Assembly (NCBI RefSeq): GCF_000012465.1
Contig: NC_007335.2
Span: forward strand, 270,001 to 302,000
Source of the DNA: Prochlorococcus marinus str. NATL2A
GTDB lineage: Bacteria; Cyanobacteriota; Cyanobacteriia; PCC-6307; Cyanobiaceae
Length of the DNA: 32,000 nt
Direction of reading: 5' to 3'
The notes below the pieces were generated by a model. That model saw nothing but the letters and a program-made list of their open reading frames with translations. It did not search any database and had not been told where the DNA came from. Below are positions 27,593 through 32,000 of the stretch, piece by piece (positions within the stretch are counted from its first letter, which is position 1; every line of letters starts with the position of its first letter). A program made the translations under genes and the position numbers.

Positions 27593-29083
27593 ATGACCAC
27601 TGCTTTGCAATCGCCTCCAAGGCGAACTACTTCTCGTCTCCAAGACGCAAGTCTTTTGAACGGGCCAATGCTTCTTCTAAGAAGTATTAAAGGTTTTAGA
27701 AGAAGTCAGTCTTGGGCATGGCTAGCCTCTATCCCATTGGCTCTTCTGGGATTAGGTGTTTTCACTTTCTCTGCTAGAGCTGAGGTTGCTCTCTCAGATT
27801 TAACAGGACCACAAGCCGCTTCTTTCTTGGCTGACAACCTTTGGTTATTTATAGCCACAATCCTCGTTATTTTTATGAACGCGGGATTCGCAATGGTTGA
27901 AGCTGGTATGTGCCGTCAAAAAAATGCGGTCAACATTTTAGCTAAAAATTTATTTGTTTTTGCTCTTGCTGTTACTGCCTACTGGGTAATTGGTTATTCA
28001 TTAATGTATGGCGGTTCAGTTATTGATGGATGGCTTTATTTCCAAGGCTTATTCGTTGATCCTGACCCTTCAGGTGCACTTGAGTGTGCAGCCGCAGGAG
28101 ATACAGGTTGTCTTGTCCCAGCAGTTGATTTCCTTTTCCAATCTGCTTTTGCTGGTACTGCTGCAACGATCGTTTCAGGATTGGTTGCTGAGAGAGTCAA
28201 ATTCGGTGAATTTGTTGTTTTCTCTATAGTTTTGACTGCTTTTATCTATCCAATTGCAGGAAGTTGGCAATGGAACGGTGGTTGGCTTGCTGAACTTGGT
28301 TTTATTGATTTCGCAGGTTCATCTATTGTCCACTCTGTTGGAGGTTGGGCAGGTCTTGTTGGAGCAATGCTTCTTGGACCTCGTATTGGCAAATTTGTTG
28401 ATGGCAAAGCTCAAGCGATGCCTGGACACAATATGGCTATTGCAACTTTAGGAGCACTAATCCTTTGGATTGGTTGGTATGGATTCAACCCTGGCTCAGA
28501 ATTAGCTATGGATCAATATGTTGCTTACGTTGCAGTTACAACAACTTTGGCAGCAGCTGGTGGCGCAATCGCCGCTACAGTCCTATCTACCATTACTTCT
28601 GGTAAGCCTGATCTAACCATGATCATCAATGGCATTCTTGCTGGATTAGTAAGTATCACTGCTGGTTGTGGCAATATGACTTTTGCTGGATCTTGGCTTG
28701 CTGGTGCTGTAGGTGGATTAATCGTCGTAGTTGCAGTAGCTGCTCTGGATTCTGCAGGCATTGATGATCCAGTTGGTGCATTCTCAGTTCACGGTGTTTG
28801 TGGAGTTTGGGGAACTGTTGTTATCGGCCTTTGGGGCGTTGATGGCATGGATCCTGGAGCTGCAGGAATTGGTCTTCTCAATGGAGGAGGAATTAACCAA
28901 TTCTTCATTCAAGCATTGGGTGCAGCTGCTTATGGCATATGGACTGTTGTGACATGCTGGATTGCTTGGCAAATTATTGGTGGCTTCTTCGGAGGTATCA
29001 GAGTTAGCGAAGCAGAAGAGACACAGGGACTTGATATTGGCGAGCATGGAATGGAGGCTTATCCTGACTTTGCTTCTAGCTAG
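27593..29083 (+). CDS. amt1: Ammonium transporter (Amt family)
   Basis: 496 aa. FMNAGFAMVEAGMCR, DFAGSSIVHSVGGWAGLVGAMLLGPR and SVHGVCGVWGT are Amt signatures. N-terminal leader with a signal-like h-region ending ARA-EV. Confidence 0.96.
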   Translation: MTTALQSPPRRTTSRLQDASLLNGPMLLLRSIKGFRRSQSWAWLASIPLALLGLGVFTFSARAEVALSDLTGPQAASFLADNLWLFIATILVIFMNAGFAMVEAGMCRQKNAVNILAKNLFVFALAVTAYWVIGYSLMYGGSVIDGWLYFQGLFVDPDPSGALECAAAGDTGCLVPAVDFLFQSAFAGTAATIVSGLVAERVKFGEFVVFSIVLTAFIYPIAGSWQWNGGWLAELGFIDFAGSSIVHSVGGWAGLVGAMLLGPRIGKFVDGKAQAMPGHNMAIATLGALILWIGWYGFNPGSELAMDQYVAYVAVTTTLAAAGGAIAATVLSTITSGKPDLTMIINGILAGLVSITAGCGNMTFAGSWLAGAVGGLIVVVAVAALDSAGIDDPVGAFSVHGVCGVWGTVVIGLWGVDGMDPGAAGIGLLNGGGINQFFIQALGAAAYGIWTVVTCWIAWQIIGGFFGGIRVSEAEETQGLDIGEHGMEAYPDFASS

Positions 29084-29120
29084 TTAACTTGTTTAATTGT
29101 CTTACATTAAATCTAAAAAA

Positions 29121-29146
29121 GCCCAGAATATATCTGGGCTTTTTTA
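29121..29146 (+). terminator. Rho-independent terminator downstream of amt1
   Basis: gcccaga-atata-tctgggc (7-bp stem with 5 G-C pairs, 5-nt loop) followed by TTTTTTATT, and preceded by an A6 run, so it is potentially bidirectional. Confidence 0.75.
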
Positions 29147-29202
29147 TTGTGGTTTAATAGTGATGAGATTCCTATCAATTTGTTTTTTACTATTTAATTG
29201 AA

Positions 29203-30408
29203 ATGGATACTCAAGCCTTTAAGCAAACTCTTCATAAATCGGATCGTTACAACCGAAGAGGATTTGGTTCAGCAAATAAGCGAGCCCAAGCACTTGCAGA
29301 GGCTTATCAAAGTGGTTTAATTGGATCTATTAGAGAAAATGGAAATCTTTTAGAGCACGGGAGATTAAAAGTTAAACTTGCAGAAGCTTTTGGATTTTGT
29401 TGGGGAGTAGAAAGATCAGTAGCAATGGCTTACGAGACTAGGAAGCATTATCCAAATGAAAGAATTTGGATCACTAATGAAATCATTCATAACCCCTCTG
29501 TGAATGATCATTTGAGGAAAATGAATGTTCTTTTTATTTCTGAGGAAAAAGGGGTTAAAGATTTTTCTGTAGTAAAAGATGGAGATGTAGTAATTCTTCC
29601 TGCATTTGGAGCAACGGTTCAAGATATGAAGCTCTTACACGATAGAGGTTGTCATATTATTGATACCACTTGCCCATGGGTTTCAAAAGTTTGGCATACT
29701 GTCGAAAAGCATAAAAAACATACATTCACATCAATTATTCATGGCAAATATAAACACGAAGAAACTCTAGCGACTAGTTCTTTTGCAGGGACTTACCTAG
29801 TCCTATTTGACCTTGAAGAGGCGAATTATGTTTCTGATTATATTTTAGGCAAAGGAAATAGAGAAGATTTCTTAAAGCGTTTTTCAAAAGCCTCTTCAGC
29901 AGGGTTCGATCCCGATAAGGATTTGCAAAAAGTTGGAGTTGCTAATCAGACCACAATGTTAAAAAGCGAAACTGAGGAAATAGGACGATTGTTTGAGAAA
30001 ACAATGTTGCAAAGATTTGGACCTGCTCAATTGAATGAACATTTTCTAGCTATTAATACCATTTGTGATGCTACTGAAGAAAGACAAGGAGCAATGTTTT
30101 CGCTAGTTGATGAACCTCTTGATCTTATGGTTGTAATTGGTGGATTCAATTCTTCTAACACAACTCATCTTCAAGAAATCGCAATCAGCAGGGGGATTCG
30201 TTCATTTCATATTGATACTCCAGAGAGAATTGGAGAAGAGACGAATACCATTACTCATATGCCTCTAGAGGGAGGTGAATTGTTAACTGAGGAAAATTTT
30301 CTTCAAAACGGAAATATTAGTGTAGGTATTACTTCGGGTGCTTCAACTCCTGACCGTGTAGTCGAAGATGTTATTCACAAGCTAATGAAAATAGGCGAAA
30401 ATTTTTGA
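29203..30408 (+). CDS. ispH: 4-hydroxy-3-methylbut-2-enyl diphosphate reductase (IspH/LytB)
   Basis: 401 aa. [22 protein letters not shown] and ICDATEERQ provide the three cluster cysteines. [11 protein letters not shown] is also present. Confidence 0.95.
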   Translation: MDTQAFKQTLHKSDRYNRRGFGSANKRAQALAEAYQSGLIGSIRENGNLLEHGRLKVKLAEAFGFCWGVERSVAMAYETRKHYPNERIWITNEIIHNPSVNDHLRKMNVLFISEEKGVKDFSVVKDGDVVILPAFGATVQDMKLLHDRGCHIIDTTCPWVSKVWHTVEKHKKHTFTSIIHGKYKHEETLATSSFAGTYLVLFDLEEANYVSDYILGKGNREDFLKRFSKASSAGFDPDKDLQKVGVANQTTMLKSETEEIGRLFEKTMLQRFGPAQLNEHFLAINTICDATEERQGAMFSLVDEPLDLMVVIGGFNSSNTTHLQEIAISRGIRSFHIDTPERIGEETNTITHMPLEGGELLTEENFLQNGNISVGITSGASTPDRVVEDVIHKLMKIGENF

Positions 30409-30470
30409 TAAGAAAAAAACGCAATTTTGCTCCAATCTCTCGTAGGATAGTTAATAGTTTTTAGTGGAAG

Positions 30471-31004
30471 ATGACTCAAGCAAACAAATCTAATCTTAAA
30501 GATCCTGATTCACAAAAAGTTGAAGTGGTTGTTCAAAGCCCTGAAGGTGAAGTGAATATTTTTGGTGAACTGTCAATCTTTGTACTGAGAGTTAGTTTTA
30601 GTTTGTTCATGGTTCATCACGGTCTGGAAAAATTGAGTGATCCAGGAGGATTCGCCGAATTTGTGGTAGGCAAATACTTCAGCTTTCTTCCTGGTGATCC
30701 TGTGATTTGGACTTATTTGGCGGCAGTAACTCAAATAGTTTGTCCAATTGGACTGGCAACCGGAGTATTGGCAAGATTATCCTCTTTGGGTCTACTCTCA
30801 ACTATGGTTTTTGCTTTGTATTTCCATTTCATAGATACTGGTTTAGAGGGATTCCCTTTTGCTGTAGTCGAAAATCACAATTATATTTTTGAATTATCCG
30901 CTATTTATGCAGCAATATCATTTTATTTCTTGTGTGCAGGTCCTGGTAGATTATCACTTTTAAGGAAATCCAATAAAATAACTTATTATCCAAAAGGATC
31001 ATAA
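30471..31004 (+). CDS. DoxX-family membrane protein
   Basis: 177 aa, 4 TM segments. LRVSFSLFMVHHGLEKL is typical of the DoxX family. Confidence 0.7.
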   Translation: MTQANKSNLKDPDSQKVEVVVQSPEGEVNIFGELSIFVLRVSFSLFMVHHGLEKLSDPGGFAEFVVGKYFSFLPGDPVIWTYLAAVTQIVCPIGLATGVLARLSSLGLLSTMVFALYFHFIDTGLEGFPFAVVENHNYIFELSAIYAAISFYFLCAGPGRLSLLRKSNKITYYPKGS

Positions 31005-31065
31005 TTAAGTATAAATTTAAAGTAAGAAATAATATATTTAAGAAATCCAACTCTTTGAGTTTGAC

Positions 31066-32000
31066 TCAATGTAAAAAGTGCCTTTTACCAGTAAGAATCA
31101 TTTTTATTCCTAATTCATTGCAGGCTTTAATAGAATCTTCGTCTCTAATGCTTCCACCAGGCTGAATAATTGAACTAATACCATAATCAGAAGCCATCTT
31201 TACAGTATCGTCGAATGGGAAAAAACCATCACTAGCCAAAACAGCACCTTTTGATTTTGTACCAGCAGCTTCTAATGCAAGTTTTGCTGAACCTACCCTA
31301 TTCATTTGGCCAGCTCCAATCCCTAGACTCTGCTGATTGGATGCAACAGCTATTGCGTTTGATCGTATATGTTTTACAATTTTCCAAGCAAAAGATAAGT
31401 CATTCATTTCTTCATCTGTTGGGATTAGTTCAGTAACACTTTTCCATTTTTTTTGATCAATACTTGGTTCGTCTAAATCTTGAATTAATAAACCACCAAG
31501 TATGCTTCTTATGTGATTTTTATCTGCTTTTTGGACAGACTCAGCTTTTAATTCTAAGAGCCTAAGATTTTTCTTTTTTGAAAGTATTTCTTTTGCAGTT
31601 TCATCAAAATATGGAGCTACAACACATTCAATAAATATATTTTCAATTTCTTTTGCTGCAGCTTCATCAACGGGGCAATTGATAGCAATAATACCCCCAA
31701 AAGCACTTACTCTATCGCCATCTAATGCTCTTTTAAGAGCTGAAGATGGAGAATCTCCAATAGCTACTCCACAAGGATTTGTATGCTTAATTACTACCGC
31801 TGCTTTTTGATATGAAGGGTTACTAATATTATTTTTATACCCAAATTCACGAAGAGTAGATAAAGCAGCCTCCAGATCTAGAAGATTATTTGTACTTAAT
31901 TCTTTGCCTTGTAATTGATTAGCTCCACTCCATCCTTTTTCAGGCTCTCCATACCATGAAGCTTTTTGATGAGGATTTTCTCCATACCTAAGTTCTTGCT
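31066..32000 (-). CDS. purH: Bifunctional AICAR transformylase / IMP cyclohydrolase PurH (C-terminal part; gene continues beyond the window)
   Basis: The track shows only the last 113 aa from an internal ATG. Hand translation of the same frame stays open to position 32000 (…[14 protein letters not shown]…[14 protein letters not shown]…GGLLIQD…[10 protein letters not shown]…GKRHFLH), the typical PurH formyltransferase domain. Confidence 0.93.
   Translation of the reverse strand, partial: QELRYGENPHQKASWYGEPEKGWSGANQLQGKELSTNNLLDLEAALSTLREFGYKNNISNPSYQKAAVVIKHTNPCGVAIGDSPSSALKRALDGDRVSAFGGIIAINCPVDEAAAKEIENIFIECVVAPYFDETAKEILSKKKNLRLLELKAESVQKADKNHIRSILGGLLIQDLDEPSIDQKKWKSVTELIPTDEEMNDLSFAWKIVKHIRSNAIAVASNQQSLGIGAGQMNRVGSAKLALEAAGTKSKGAVLASDGFFPFDDTVKMASDYGISSIIQPGGSIRDEDSIKACNELGIKMILTGKRHFLH

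Noticed and set aside
27593-29083. A GC-rich block (about 45 percent versus about 30 percent in the flanks) coinciding with amt1, with five long alternative-frame ORFs (28008-28229, 28254-28451, 28525-28761, 28761-28952, 28784-29047). It could suggest horizontal acquisition or overlapping genes.
   Set aside because: The enrichment follows from the Gly/Ala/Val/Trp-rich amino acid composition of an Amt transporter. Third codon positions remain mostly T or A, as in the host. The flanking synteny is core-like and there are no mobility genes or repeats at the borders. The extra ORFs are the usual stop-poor shadow frames of a GC-richer gene.
1-32000. A scan of the whole window for CRISPR repeats, transposase, integrase or phage genes, toxin-antitoxin or restriction-type genes, tandem repeats, and tRNA-flanked islands.
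   Set aside because: None was seen. Both tRNAs are flanked by core housekeeping genes without direct repeats or integrase genes. Every sizeable ORF has a housekeeping, photosynthesis or conserved-cyanobacterial reading.

Overview
The window reads as a syntenic core-genome segment of a high-light-adapted Prochlorococcus marinus (MED4-like). This is inferred from the very low GC content, the tight gene packing, and a gene order recalled from memory: coaBC, pyrB, gatC, crtR, ileS, trmB, thyX-dcd-cobO, ntcA, pth, tatA, psbH, psbI, leuDC, cinA, glyA, murJ, sfsA, amt1, ispH, purH. I support about 36 protein-coding genes, 2 tRNAs (Leu-UAG, Arg-ACG), one clear intrinsic terminator and two GTA-N8-TAC NtcA-type boxes. 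I see no CRISPR array, transposase or integrase, prophage, defence island or large repeat, so this looks like an ordinary housekeeping and photosynthesis region rather than an accessory island. No convincing novel multi-gene system is present. The points worth a second look are local. (1) The psbH-psbI spacer has no recognisable psbN but carries an unexpectedly long hydrophobic minus-strand ORF. (2) The cobO (BtuR/CobA-family) homologue has its P-loop replaced by STFRGSFS. (3) The mpg glycosylase has a conserved N-terminal motif lying upstream of any canonical start codon. (4) cobO-dcd-thyX are translationally abutted. (5) A coiled-coil membrane protein gene abuts an RNase-H-fold (YqgF-like) gene. 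psbI (42 aa) is real but missing from the supplied ORF track because of its size. DUF and Ycf family names are from memory and need HMM confirmation.
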